Source of the DNA: an uncultured delta proteobacterium
Lineage (GTDB): Bacteria; Desulfobacterota; Syntrophia; Syntrophales; Smithellaceae
Length of the DNA stretch: 64,000 nt
Direction of reading: 5' to 3'
NCBI GenBank assembly: GCA_963753975.1
Contig: CAVWEH010000001.1
Span: forward strand, 320,001 to 384,000
The notes beneath the pieces are model-generated. The model was not told the origin of the DNA. It saw nothing but the letters and a program-made list of their open reading frames with translations, and ran no database searches. Shown one piece after another: positions 31,640 through 41,479 of the stretch. A program made the translations under genes and the position numbers. How positions within the stretch are numbered: position 1 is the stretch's first letter; each line of letters opens with the position of its first letter.

Positions 31640-32395
31640 ATGGTTATGAAGATCTGGAAACAAGTTTTTTTAGTGGTATTTTTTTTCTTCGCTATTATTT
31701 TTACCGTTGATGTCGGACGCTATCTTTTTTATCCCGATGTGGCTTATTTGAAAAAACACAATCCGGGGGAAACCGCTTTTATGGAATACAGGGAAAAAAC
31801 CTGGCAACAAAAAAAGGTGAAGAAGAAAATTAAGAAAATCTGGGTGCCAATTTCTGAAGTATCTCCTTATGTGATGAAGGCTGTAATCATTGCGGAGGAC
31901 CGTAAATTCTGGTCGCATGAAGGATTTGATTTTGAAGCGATGCAAAAGGCTCTGGAAAAAGATATCGAGAAAAATAAAATTCAGGCGGGCGGCAGCACTA
32001 TTTCCCAGCAGCTGGCGAAAAATTTATATCTTTCTCCGGATAAGGATCCGATTAGGAAGCTCAAGGAAGCCATCCTTACCTGGCGGATAGAAAATCAATT
32101 AACCAAAAGAAGAATTCTCGAACTTTATTTGAACGTCGTCGAATGGGGTGATGGAATTTTTGGTATCGAAGCGGCGGCGCAAAATTACTATGGGCAACAT
32201 GCTTCCCAATTGACAGCCCGCCAGGCGGCAAGGCTAGCCTCAATTTTACCTAACCCCCGTCGTTACAAACTAAACAGTGAGTCCGGATACGTGGAAGATC
32301 AATCGCAAAGAATTTATCAGATTATGGTGCGCCAGGGCATAGTTATCCCCGAATACGACGAGGTTATTGGAGAAAAAAACGGCAACAGCCGCTGA
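31640..32395 (+). CDS. mtgA: Monofunctional peptidoglycan transglycosylase
   Basis: AEDRKFWSHEGFD, GGSTISQQLAKNL, RKLKEA, YLNVVEWG. Confidence 0.93.
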   Translation: MVMKIWKQVFLVVFFFFAIIFTVDVGRYLFYPDVAYLKKHNPGETAFMEYREKTWQQKKVKKKIKKIWVPISEVSPYVMKAVIIAEDRKFWSHEGFDFEAMQKALEKDIEKNKIQAGGSTISQQLAKNLYLSPDKDPIRKLKEAILTWRIENQLTKRRILELYLNVVEWGDGIFGIEAAAQNYYGQHASQLTARQAARLASILPNPRRYKLNSESGYVEDQSQRIYQIMVRQGIVIPEYDEVIGEKNGNSR

Positions 32396-32467
32396 TGGGA
32401 ATTGTGGAATAAATTTGCTGATATTTTTTTAAAAACAATTTTCTAGTTTTTTGTTGAAGCGGGGGGT

Positions 32468-33718
32468 TTATATTATTTCAATGGCACACGCCATCGAAAC
32501 CCCGCCGCCGCCGCAGAGCGTGGCCATTCCCAGTGTCTTGCCGCGTTTTTTCATGGAATTAATCAGTGTAACCATAATACGGCAACCGGTGGAGCCGACC
32601 GGATGGCCAAGACCGATGCCCGAGCCGTTAACATTGGTAATATCGCGTTTGATTTTCAGCTCTTTTTCGCAGCCGAGATATTGAGCGGCGAAAGCCTCGT
32701 TGAGCTCGATTTGCTCGAAATCATTGACTTTCAAGCCGGATCTTTTTTCCAGATCGTGTACGGCAGGAACAACGCTTAAACCCATCACTGAAGGATGGCA
32801 TCCGCCGCGTCCCACTGCTGTAATACGCGCCAGCGGTTTCAGTCCCAGCTCTTCGGCCTTCTGCGCCGACATAATCACCATCGCGCTGGCGCCGTCATTG
32901 ATTCCCGAGGCATTACCCGCGGTAACCCTGCCGATTTTGGGAACAAACGCCGGCGCTAATTTCGTAAGCTCCTCCATAGTCAGGTGGGGGCGGAAATGTT
33001 CATCCTTATTGAAAATTTTCGGCGATTTCCCTTTTTTCTGCGGTATTTCCACCGGCACTATTTCTTCTTTGAAGTCACCTTGCAGTGTGGCTCTTTCGGC
33101 GTTGTTATGACTGCGCAGGGCAAGTTCATCCATTTCTTCGCGACTGATTTTATACATTTCGGCGACAAACTCGGCGGTGACACCCATTATGTAGGGCTTG
33201 CCTCTGTACATGTCGATGAGCGCGCCTTCCTTAAGCGGACCTTTTTCCGGGCCGGGCATAATATATGAGCCGCAATGCAGTATATGGATGATATTGTCTA
33301 CAAGAACCTGGTCCTGCAGCCGATAACCCCAGCGGGCTCCCGGTATGGAATAGGCGGCACCGGACATGTGTTCCATTCCGCCGGCTAGAATTATATCTGC
33401 CATTTCACTTTGAATCATGGCCATGCCGGAAAGAACGGCTTCCATACCGGATATGCAGACACGATTCACTGTAACGGCGGTTGTGCTTTCGGGAATACCG
33501 GCTAGGAGCGCCGCGACACGGGAAACATTGAGTGTATCTACCGGTTCCATGCAGCAGCCGAAACGGACATCATCAATTATTGCCGGATCAATTTGGGCCC
33601 GCTTTACCGCTTCTTTCATCACAACGCTGCCCAGCGTTGCTGCGTTTAAATCTTTCAGGCTTCCGCCGAAAGTGCCTACTGCTGTGCGGCAGGCTGAAAC
33701 AATGACAACGTCTCTCAT
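32468..33718 (-). CDS. Acetyl-CoA C-acyltransferase (thiolase)
   Basis: NRVCISG, NASGINDGA, NEAFAAQ, GHPVGSTG, LCGGGG. Confidence 0.95.
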   Translation of the reverse strand: MRDVVIVSACRTAVGTFGGSLKDLNAATLGSVVMKEAVKRAQIDPAIIDDVRFGCCMEPVDTLNVSRVAALLAGIPESTTAVTVNRVCISGMEAVLSGMAMIQSEMADIILAGGMEHMSGAAYSIPGARWGYRLQDQVLVDNIIHILHCGSYIMPGPEKGPLKEGALIDMYRGKPYIMGVTAEFVAEMYKISREEMDELALRSHNNAERATLQGDFKEEIVPVEIPQKKGKSPKIFNKDEHFRPHLTMEELTKLAPAFVPKIGRVTAGNASGINDGASAMVIMSAQKAEELGLKPLARITAVGRGGCHPSVMGLSVVPAVHDLEKRSGLKVNDFEQIELNEAFAAQYLGCEKELKIKRDITNVNGSGIGLGHPVGSTGCRIMVTLINSMKKRGKTLGMATLCGGGGVSMACAIEII

Positions 33719-33865
33719 CGTGTAATCTCCTGATGTTTAATTTAACTCTATTACTTTTTGTTCAAAAGTTCAACTATCTGGATTGTTTTTTCATGCCTTT
33801 CAAAAAGAGCCTGTGACCGAGCTAGATAAAAAAAGCCCGCTTTAAAAAAACGGGCGAGGATATTC

Positions 33866-33941
33866 TGGCTCCCCAGCGCGGACTCGAACCACGGACCCGA
33901 TGGTTAACAGCCATCTGCTCTACCGACTGAGCTACTGGGGA
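33866..33941 (-). tRNA. tRNA-Asn(GTT)
   Basis: TCCCCAGTAGCTCAGTCGGTAGAGCAGATGGCTGTTAACCATCGGGTCCGTGGTTCGAGTCCGCGCTGGGGAGCCA: 76 nt cloverleaf with encoded CCA. Confidence 0.97.
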
Positions 33942-34221
33942 ACATAAATTAAAAGAACGAAGTTATTGATCGTACGCACCGGCTTCAATGGATAATCCGC
34001 CATTAGTGGACTACGGCTACGAAGGAACAATTTTTCAGCGGCTACATAATACAAGAACGTAAGAATGTCAACAATCTTCCGAAAACTTTTAAGATATTAA
34101 ATCCCCCATTTTTTCTTTACAATCCTGCCGAAAATCGCTATCAAAAACACGTTTCACCATCCTTTTATCATTGTCTTGCCTCCAGAACTGTAATGATATA
34201 TAAAAATAAAACTTTACCAAG

Positions 34222-35400
34222 GTGGTTCAAATGGTTTCTCCGGTTAAAAAGCTAAGTAGCCAAAAATTGTTAAAAAAAGGTGTGCTGGAAGAGGAATTGT
34301 GCACCGGTTGCGGCGCTTGTGTCGGTCTTTGCCCCTATCAAGTTATATATCATGATCGGACAATACAGTTGCATTATTGTGATCTCGAAGACGGTAAATG
34401 TTATGCTTTTTGTCCGAGAACGCCGACTGACCTCAGTGCCTTGCGCAAGCTTCTTTTCAATTCCAATGATCTAACACCGGAAATTGGTGCAGTGAAAAGC
34501 TATTTTTTTTCCCGGGCAGCCGATTACCGGTTGCGCGAAAGCACCCAGCATGGGGGAACAGTGACTGCATTGATGGAACTGGCGTTTGCTGAAGGGTTGA
34601 TTGATTCCGCAATAGTCTCTTCCCGTAATCAAGATTTTTTACAGAGTGGTACCTTGGTGAAAGATAAGACGATCCTGCGAAATAACACCGGCTCTAAATT
34701 TACCGTATCGCCGACAGTTGCCGTTTTTAATCGATCGGTCAATGATAAGTCGGGCAAGATAGGTGTTGTGGCAACGCCATGTCAGGCGCTGGCGCTGGCT
34801 AAGATGAAATTAGAGCCGGTAAAAAATGGCTCCAATAAAATTGATCAGCTAAAATTGATCATTGGTTTGTATTGCGGTTGGACGCTTTCAGCGGAAAAGT
34901 TTGCTAAATTGCTTGCTCAAAATAATATAGCACTGAATTCACTAAAAGGCATGGATATTCCCGCAGGCAAAAACATTTTGGAGCTTTACACTAATAACGA
35001 TACAAAGACAGTTCCTTTTGATGATGTGCGGGCTTGTGTCCGGGAAGCCTGCCATTATTGTTTGGACAGCACAGCAGAATATGCCGATATCTCGGTAGGT
35101 TCGGCGCGCTTTGGCGATGACTGGGAAAAAATGCGGCGCTGGAATCAATTGATTGTGCGAACGGAAAAAGGCAGGGAACTTACTGAGCTTGCCGTAAAAC
35201 GCGGAGTGTTGGAAATCCGGGAAGCTCCGGCGGATAGTCTAAGGGAATTGAAAAAGGCGGCTATGGAAAAAAAGAAAACAGCTCTGAGAAATATTATCAG
35301 AAAAAGCGGATCGGTAAAAAATCTTTTATATCTGGATCGCCATGATCCCATGGTGCAAAAGTTTTTGAAAAATAAAGCTTCTGACAAAAAGAGCAGGTAG
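34222..35400 (+). CDS. Coenzyme F420 hydrogenase/dehydrogenase beta-subunit family (FrhB-like) Fe-S flavoprotein
   Basis: CTGCGACVGLCP, GGTVTAL, ATPCQ, IGLYCGW, ACHYCLD, ADISVG. Confidence 0.88.
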   Translation: MVQMVSPVKKLSSQKLLKKGVLEEELCTGCGACVGLCPYQVIYHDRTIQLHYCDLEDGKCYAFCPRTPTDLSALRKLLFNSNDLTPEIGAVKSYFFSRAADYRLRESTQHGGTVTALMELAFAEGLIDSAIVSSRNQDFLQSGTLVKDKTILRNNTGSKFTVSPTVAVFNRSVNDKSGKIGVVATPCQALALAKMKLEPVKNGSNKIDQLKLIIGLYCGWTLSAEKFAKLLAQNNIALNSLKGMDIPAGKNILELYTNNDTKTVPFDDVRACVREACHYCLDSTAEYADISVGSARFGDDWEKMRRWNQLIVRTEKGRELTELAVKRGVLEIREAPADSLRELKKAAMEKKKTALRNIIRKSGSVKNLLYLDRHDPMVQKFLKNKASDKKSR

Positions 35401-35404
35401 AATC

Positions 35405-37348
35405 ATGTCCAAATTACTAAGTGCGGCCAAAACGGAAGTTTTATTCATGGGCAACGAAGCCATCGCTCGGGGCGCGCTTGAAGCCGGGCTTTCTGTTGCC
35501 ACCGGTTACCCGGGGACACCTTCATCCGAAGTAATCGAAACCCTGGCCGCTGTTGCCAAAGAAAGAAAACTCTATGTAGAGTGGTCGACAAATGAAAAGG
35601 TGGCTCTGGAGGTAGCGGCAGCGGCTTCCTTCGCGGGTTTGCGGTCAATGTGCGTAATGAAACAAAACGGCGTCAATGTGGCCTCCGATTTTCTTTTGCA
35701 TCTGGCTGCTTCGGGAACGCGCGGTGGGATGGTGCTGGTTAGCTGTGAGGATCCGGGTGCTCTTTCCAGCGTCAATGAAGGAGAGTCACGCTATTTCGCC
35801 CGGATGCTGGAAATCCCTTTGCTCGAGCCGGCCAATTTTCAGGAAGCCAAAGACCTGACCAAATGGGCATTCGAGTTATCGGAGAAAATTCACAATGTGG
35901 TTATGTTGCGTTCAGTTACACGCATGTCGCACGCCAGCGGCAATATTATCTGCGGCAGACTGCCCCATAAATTCAGAACTGCCTACTTTGTCTATAACGG
36001 CCCGGTGATGGATCCGTTAAAAGGGCCGATTATCAGCACCCCCGTTGTCGCCAAACACAATCTCCAGCAAGAGAAATTGGAGAAAGCCCGGGAGCTTTTT
36101 GAAAATAGCCCCTTCAATGAATATCTGGGCCCGCGCCGTCCGGAACTTCTTATAATCACCGGCAGTGTTTGTTTTCTCTATTGCCGGGAAGCGCTCAGTA
36201 TACTGGGTTTGCAGAAACGCGTCGGGATTTTAAAGCTTGGTTGCACCTGGCCGCTGCCCACAAAGTTTCTGAAGAAATATTTGCGCTTAACGGACAAGAT
36301 TATGATTGTGGAAGAAGTTCTGCCTTTTTTGGAAGAAAACGTCAAGGTTGCCACCGTTGATATGTTTAAAGAAATCGGCATTAAAACTTTTTACGGGAAA
36401 AAGGATGGAATTTTGCCTTCGGTGGGAGAGTTGAATCCTGATCTTGTCGTTGATGCTCTTGGTAAAATAATGAAGATCAAGTATAAATCTCTGGCTCGCG
36501 GCTATTCAAAAGAGATAAAGAAAATCGCGCCATTGATTCCCGAACGTGAGCTGACCTTCTGTCCGGGATGCCCGCACCGCGCTTCGTTTTGGAGTATCAA
36601 TAATGCACTCAAGCTTGACTCCCGCGATGGTTTCGTCTGTGGCGATATCGGCTGTTACGCGATGGCAGCACTTTTCCCGGCGATCGGTTTTAATACGGTG
36701 CGGACCCTTCATTCCATGGGCTCGGGCACGGGTCTCGCCAGCGGATTTGCTAAACTCGCTGCTTTCGGTCTGGAAAAACCGGTTCTTGCGGTTTGCGGTG
36801 ATTCTACGTTTTATCACGCGGTAATTCCCGCGCTCATTAACGCCCAGCATCACCGAGCGGACATAACTTTCATTGTTCTGGATAACGCCGGAACAGCAAT
36901 GACCGGATTTCAGCCGCATCCTGGTCTCGCTGTCAGCGCCATAGGTGAAACTGTTCCCGCCGTCGAGATTGCCGGAATTTGCACGGCGATAGGGGCAAAA
37001 GTCGCCGTCAGCGATCCCTTCGATTTAGATGGGACAAGTAGGATTCTCACTTCTTTTATGGCAGAAAGAGGATCATTGAAGGTACTAATTCTGAGACAGA
37101 TATGCGCTTTGAGTCCCGAAAAGAAAGGAAAAAAGCAATATGACATCAGAGTGGATGAGGAATTATGCTTGGGAGATCAGTGCGGCTGCAATCGTTTATG
37201 CACAAGAATCTTTCGTTGCCCGGCGCTCACCTGGGATACGATGAAAAGGAAGTCGGTTGTGGATGAAGTAATTTGCGCCGGCTGCGGCGTTTGCTATTCG
37301 ATTTGTCCGCAAAAGGCTATAGTGAAAACAGAGGCAGTGGGCTTATGA
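35405..37348 (+). CDS. iorA: Indolepyruvate:ferredoxin oxidoreductase alpha subunit
   Basis: GNEAIARG, YPGTPSSE, NEKVALE, FCPGCPHR, GDIGCY, GDSTF, C-terminal ferredoxin. Confidence 0.92.
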   Translation: MSKLLSAAKTEVLFMGNEAIARGALEAGLSVATGYPGTPSSEVIETLAAVAKERKLYVEWSTNEKVALEVAAAASFAGLRSMCVMKQNGVNVASDFLLHLAASGTRGGMVLVSCEDPGALSSVNEGESRYFARMLEIPLLEPANFQEAKDLTKWAFELSEKIHNVVMLRSVTRMSHASGNIICGRLPHKFRTAYFVYNGPVMDPLKGPIISTPVVAKHNLQQEKLEKARELFENSPFNEYLGPRRPELLIITGSVCFLYCREALSILGLQKRVGILKLGCTWPLPTKFLKKYLRLTDKIMIVEEVLPFLEENVKVATVDMFKEIGIKTFYGKKDGILPSVGELNPDLVVDALGKIMKIKYKSLARGYSKEIKKIAPLIPERELTFCPGCPHRASFWSINNALKLDSRDGFVCGDIGCYAMAALFPAIGFNTVRTLHSMGSGTGLASGFAKLAAFGLEKPVLAVCGDSTFYHAVIPALINAQHHRADITFIVLDNAGTAMTGFQPHPGLAVSAIGETVPAVEIAGICTAIGAKVAVSDPFDLDGTSRILTSFMAERGSLKVLILRQICALSPEKKGKKQYDIRVDEELCLGDQCGCNRLCTRIFRCPALTWDTMKRKSVVDEVICAGCGVCYSICPQKAIVKTEAVGL

Positions 37349-37956
37349 AAAAATCTCTTATCCACGATCCGATGAACGTGATCATTACCGGAGTCGGCGG
37401 ACAAGGCAACGTCATGGCTTCCCGCGTATTGGCTGGAATGCTCGTATCTGCGGGCTATTTTGTGACGATCGGTGAGACTTTCGGGATGTCGCAGCGCGGC
37501 GGATCGGTGATGAGCCATTTGCGCGTATCATCCCAAGGAACGTGGAGTCCGCAAATTCCGCAGGGGAAAGCAAACATAATTATTGCCTTAGAACCCGTGG
37601 AAGCACTCCGGGTCTTAGTCAAGTATGGCCATCCCGCTGTCGTGGTTTTGTCCAATTCCCGGGTGGTTTATCCCATCGGGGTCATAACCGGCGATTTTAC
37701 TTATCCGTCTTTGAATGAAATTGAATCGGCCTTTAAAAAATTGACGGCACATAGTTGGCTAATTGATGCCACAGAAGCGGCAGTTGAACTGGGCAATCCT
37801 GTTTTGGGCAACATTGTCATGATCGGCGCACTGGCTAATACGGCGATGTTACCGATTGACCGCCGTGTCTTTGAAAAAGAAATAACCAAAGACATGTCCG
37901 CGAATAAGCACAAGCTTAATCTTGCGGCCTTTGATGCCGGCGCTAAAATGATTTAA
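37345..37956 (+). CDS. iorB: Indolepyruvate:ferredoxin oxidoreductase beta subunit
   Basis: GVGGQG, GMSQRGGSVMSHLR; ATGA overlap with the iorA stop. Confidence 0.92.
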   Translation: MKKSLIHDPMNVIITGVGGQGNVMASRVLAGMLVSAGYFVTIGETFGMSQRGGSVMSHLRVSSQGTWSPQIPQGKANIIIALEPVEALRVLVKYGHPAVVVLSNSRVVYPIGVITGDFTYPSLNEIESAFKKLTAHSWLIDATEAAVELGNPVLGNIVMIGALANTAMLPIDRRVFEKEITKDMSANKHKLNLAAFDAGAKMI

Positions 37957-38022
37957 GTTATTATTGACTAGACCTGATTAGAAATTATATTAGGGTTTCA
38001 ATACAAATCGCGGGGTAGGATA

Positions 38023-39234
38023 ATGAAGAATATTTATTCAGCAATAAAAGTAACCGATAATGTTTACTGGGTAGGCGCCATTGATTGGACAATTCGTGAT
38101 TTCCATGGTTACACAACGCCCCACGGCAGTACCTATAATGCATATCTGGTCATGGCCGATAAAATTACTCTTATTGATACGGTAAAAGCGCCTTTTCAGG
38201 ATGAAATGCTTGCCCGCATTAAATCCGTCGTTGATCCTGCTCAGATAAAATATATTGTTTCCAACCATTCTGAAATGGATCATTCCGGATGCCTGCCGGA
38301 AATAATCGACATGATCAAGCCGGAAAAAGTCTTCGCTTCGACAATCGGTGTAAAAACATTGAAGGAACTGTTTCATGACGAGCATGAAATTATATCGGTA
38401 AAAGACGGGGAAACACTGAGCTTAGGCAATATGGAGTTGACTTTTATGGAAACGCGCATGATTCATTGGCCGGACTCCATGTTCACTTATTTAGCCGCCG
38501 ATCAGCTTTTGTTTTCGCAGGACGCTTTCGGGATGCATTTGGCGACGCTCGCGCGTTTTGACGATGAGCTTCCGACGTCCACTTTGGAATTTGAAGCGGC
38601 AACGTATTATGCCAATATTGTTTTGCCTTATTCGCCGATAGTTCTGAAAACTCTGGACAAAGTAGCAGCATCAGGCTGGAAAATCAAAGTTATCGCTCCC
38701 GACCACGGACCGGTCTGGCGAAAAAACATAGGCAGGATCATCGAACTTTATAAAAAGTGGGCTCTGCAAAAATCCACAATCAAAGCTGTTGTTGTTTACG
38801 CGACGATGTGGCATTCCACGGAAAAAATGGCGAGAGCTATAAGCGAATCTCTGGCGCAGGCAGGCGTCAAGGTAAAACTCTTATCGATGAATGAATTTCA
38901 TCGCAGTGAAGTCGTTTATGAAGTGCTTGACACCGGAGCGCTGATAGTCGGCTCATCAACACTGAACAATAATATTCTACCGCAAATGGCGGATGTGATG
39001 ACTTATTTAAAAGGTTTGAAGCCGGCCAACCTTATCGGCACGGCTTTCGGCTCTTACGGCTGGAGCGGAGAATCCGTAAGAGATTTGGAAGCCATACTCA
39101 AAGAAATGAAGGTGGAAATCGCGGTGCCATCTATCTCTGTTAAAAATGTTCCCGATGGCGGTGCTTTGGAAAAATGTCACGAGTTGGGAAAAACTATCGC
39201 GGCGGAGTTGAAAAAGAAAGCAGCTGCTAATTAA
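38023..39234 (+). CDS. fprA: Flavodiiron protein (FprA/ROO type)
   Basis: YNAYL, HSEMDHSG, HWPDSM, DAFG, APDHG, flavodoxin domain FGSYGWSG. Confidence 0.93.
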   Translation: MKNIYSAIKVTDNVYWVGAIDWTIRDFHGYTTPHGSTYNAYLVMADKITLIDTVKAPFQDEMLARIKSVVDPAQIKYIVSNHSEMDHSGCLPEIIDMIKPEKVFASTIGVKTLKELFHDEHEIISVKDGETLSLGNMELTFMETRMIHWPDSMFTYLAADQLLFSQDAFGMHLATLARFDDELPTSTLEFEAATYYANIVLPYSPIVLKTLDKVAASGWKIKVIAPDHGPVWRKNIGRIIELYKKWALQKSTIKAVVVYATMWHSTEKMARAISESLAQAGVKVKLLSMNEFHRSEVVYEVLDTGALIVGSSTLNNNILPQMADVMTYLKGLKPANLIGTAFGSYGWSGESVRDLEAILKEMKVEIAVPSISVKNVPDGGALEKCHELGKTIAAELKKKAAAN

Positions 39235-39264
39235 AGGCGGAAGAAAAAAAATGAGGAGGACAAA

Positions 39265-39423
39265 ATGAAAAAGTATGTTTGCGGAGTATGTGGTTACGTT
39301 TACGATCCGGCTAAAGGCGATCCGGAAAACGGCGTTTCCCGAGGGACAGCTTTTGAGGATTTGCCCGCGGACTGGACTTGTCCTGTTTGCGGCGCCAGTA
39401 AGAGTGAATTCGCGCCGGAATAA
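39265..39423 (+). CDS. Rubredoxin, 52 aa (missing from ORF track)
   Basis: [62 protein letters not shown]. Confidence 0.96.
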   Translation: MKKYVCGVCGYVYDPAKGDPENGVSRGTAFEDLPADWTCPVCGASKSEFAPE

Positions 39424-39595
39424 TTATGACAACCTCGTAAAAAGACCGGATGCTGCGTTGCACTGCATCCCTCGTCGCTACGGCGTACGCAAAAAGTACG
39501 TCTCGCTCCTCGAGATTGGCGCGCCTTGCCTGCAGCCTTTTTACTAGGTCGTCTGAAAATTGATAGGTATGTGACTTTTTACGAGTTCATTAATT
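39422..39595. mobile_element. MITE-like non-autonomous element
   Basis: Left end GACAACCTCGTAAAAAG pairs with two right ends (CTTTTTACTAGGTCGTC about 39537; CTTTTTACGAGTTCAT about 39575); internal hairpins; no ORF of note. Confidence 0.65.
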
Positions 39596-39620
39596 TCGAC
39601 CAGACAAAAAGAGGTTATAT

Positions 39621-40118
39621 ATGGATAAAATTCAAGAAGCATTAAATCAAGCTTATGCCGGCGAAGCAAAAGCCGCACTACGGCTCAAGGTTTACGCACA
39701 AAAGGCTGAAGATGAAGGATATAAACAGATGGCCCGTCTTTTCCGCGTCATTTCTTTCTCGGAAGAAATTCATGGTGCGAGAGCGCTGAGAGTACTGAGA
39801 GAAATTAAAAGTACGGAAGAAAATCTGGCCGCGAGTTTTGAATCGGAAAAGAAAGTCGCCGAAGTTGCTTATGATCAGTTCGTAAAATTGGCGGAAGAAG
39901 AAGGCAACAAGGAAGCTTCTCTGCATTTCAGCCAGAGCCGTGATGTGGAAGAAACTCATGCCAAACTTTATAAACAGGCCATGTCGCACTTTATGGAAGA
40001 AAGAGAAACAACTTACTATGTCTGTAAAGTCTGCGGCTATGTGTCCGACGGTGCTTTGCCTGATGAATGTCCCATCTGCGGTGCGAAGAAAGAACAATTT
40101 GCTGCTTTTGACAAATAG
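39621..40118 (+). CDS. Rubrerythrin
   Basis: AYAGEAKA, EEIH, EETH di-iron motifs; C-terminal CKVCGY...CPICG. Confidence 0.93.
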   Translation: MDKIQEALNQAYAGEAKAALRLKVYAQKAEDEGYKQMARLFRVISFSEEIHGARALRVLREIKSTEENLAASFESEKKVAEVAYDQFVKLAEEEGNKEASLHFSQSRDVEETHAKLYKQAMSHFMEERETTYYVCKVCGYVSDGALPDECPICGAKKEQFAAFDK

Positions 40119-40173
40119 TCCGCTGACTGTTTTTTTAACTCTAAGCTGTGCTATTAATTTATGAGGTGAGAAT

Positions 40174-41016
40174 ATGAAAGTTCGTCGCGCATTGCTGCTG
40201 ATATTGTTGTTTGTAAGCATCGTCTTTCCCAGGGTAGCCATTAGTGACGAAAAACCACTTTGGGAGCTTGGTGTAGGTTTCGCTGCGCTACTTTTACCGG
40301 ATTATCGGGGATCAGATGAATATAGATTTTATCCATTGCCTTATCCGTATTTCGTCTACCATGGTGATGTGTTAAAAGTAGATGAGCATAATATTTCGGG
40401 ACGGATTTTTCCGACTGACCGGATTTTATTGGACATTTCCTTCTATGGTTCCGTGCCGGTTAAAGCCTCCAATAATACTGCTCGCGAAGGTATGCCTGAT
40501 TTGGATCCGACCTTTGAAATTGGGCCTGCTATTATAATTAATCTTCTGGAAAATAAAGAGGATAAATATAAATTTAATTTGACTCTGCCGGTGCGCGCCG
40601 TTTTTTCCACGAATTTCTCATCCGTAAGCCGCGAAGGATGGGTGTTTGCTCCCCGACTCAATTTTGAAAAAAGCGATATTATTCCCCAGATCGGTTTGGA
40701 TTTAGGAATTTCTACAGGGCCGATGTTTGCCGATAGCGGTTATCATGCTTATTATTACACTGTGGAACCGGCTTATGCAACGGCAATTCGTCCTGCATAT
40801 TCGGCTGGCGGCGGCTATAGCGGTTCGACGTTCACCATTGGTTTGAGTAAATCTTATAAGCAATTCATTTTTAATACTTTTGCCAGCGCTGATTTCCTCC
40901 AGGGATCGGCATTTGAAGATAGTCCGCTGGTAAAGAGGACCACGTCCTTCATGGGCGGATGCACTATAACCTGGGTTTTATTCAAATCGGAAAAAACTGT
41001 GGCAACAGACAAGTAA
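40174..41016 (+). CDS. MipA/OmpV family outer-membrane protein
   Basis: WELGVG...PDYRGSDE, REGMPDLDPTFEIGP, YSAGGGYSG, DSPLV. Confidence 0.85.
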   Translation: MKVRRALLLILLFVSIVFPRVAISDEKPLWELGVGFAALLLPDYRGSDEYRFYPLPYPYFVYHGDVLKVDEHNISGRIFPTDRILLDISFYGSVPVKASNNTAREGMPDLDPTFEIGPAIIINLLENKEDKYKFNLTLPVRAVFSTNFSSVSREGWVFAPRLNFEKSDIIPQIGLDLGISTGPMFADSGYHAYYYTVEPAYATAIRPAYSAGGGYSGSTFTIGLSKSYKQFIFNTFASADFLQGSAFEDSPLVKRTTSFMGGCTITWVLFKSEKTVATDK

Positions 41017-41068
41017 GCATGACAAAAAATAAAGGTTGGGAACATCTTCAGGCATCAGGAGTGAACTA

Positions 41069-41479
41069 ATGATATTGATCGTGACGCGCTGGCTGGTAAT
41101 AACGGTTGCGATACTGCTTTCTTCGAAGTTTATATCGGGCATCAGAGTTGATTCCCTCTTAACGGCACTCTTTGCTGCCGGCATTTTAGGGCTGATTAAT
41201 GTTTTCATCAGACCGGTCTTGATCATTCTTACGTTACCTTTAAGCATAATAACTCTGGGTATATTCTCTTTTTTCATCAATGCCTTTTTACTGGAGCTGG
41301 TCGCCTATATGATACCGGGATTTGAGGTTACAGGCTTCTGGGCAGCATTTCTGGGCGCTCTTGTTATCAGCATTGTCAGTTGGCTCGCTAATTTCTTTAT
41401 CGGCAGGAACCATGCCGGCAGACCGAAACGGCCGGATGTTATCGACATGGAAAAAGGGGACGATGGCAAATGGTGCTAG
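41069..41479 (+). CDS. 4-TM 'phage holin family' (YvlD-like) membrane protein
   Basis: [41 protein letters not shown] before ATG 41069. Confidence 0.85.
   Translation: MILIVTRWLVITVAILLSSKFISGIRVDSLLTALFAAGILGLINVFIRPVLIILTLPLSIITLGIFSFFINAFLLELVAYMIPGFEVTGFWAAFLGALVISIVSWLANFFIGRNHAGRPKRPDVIDMEKGDDGKWC

Noticed and set aside
33720..33941. tRNA-Asn as an island integration site
   Set aside because: No integrase and no duplicated tRNA 3' end seen; neighbours are metabolic genes.
39275..39547. 90-aa ORF in the track
   Set aside because: Wrong frame over the real rubredoxin gene, and it runs into the MITE.
41069..41479. Holin-family gene as a sign of prophage
   Set aside because: This 4-TM family is commonly chromosomal; it overlaps mutS and no phage genes are nearby.
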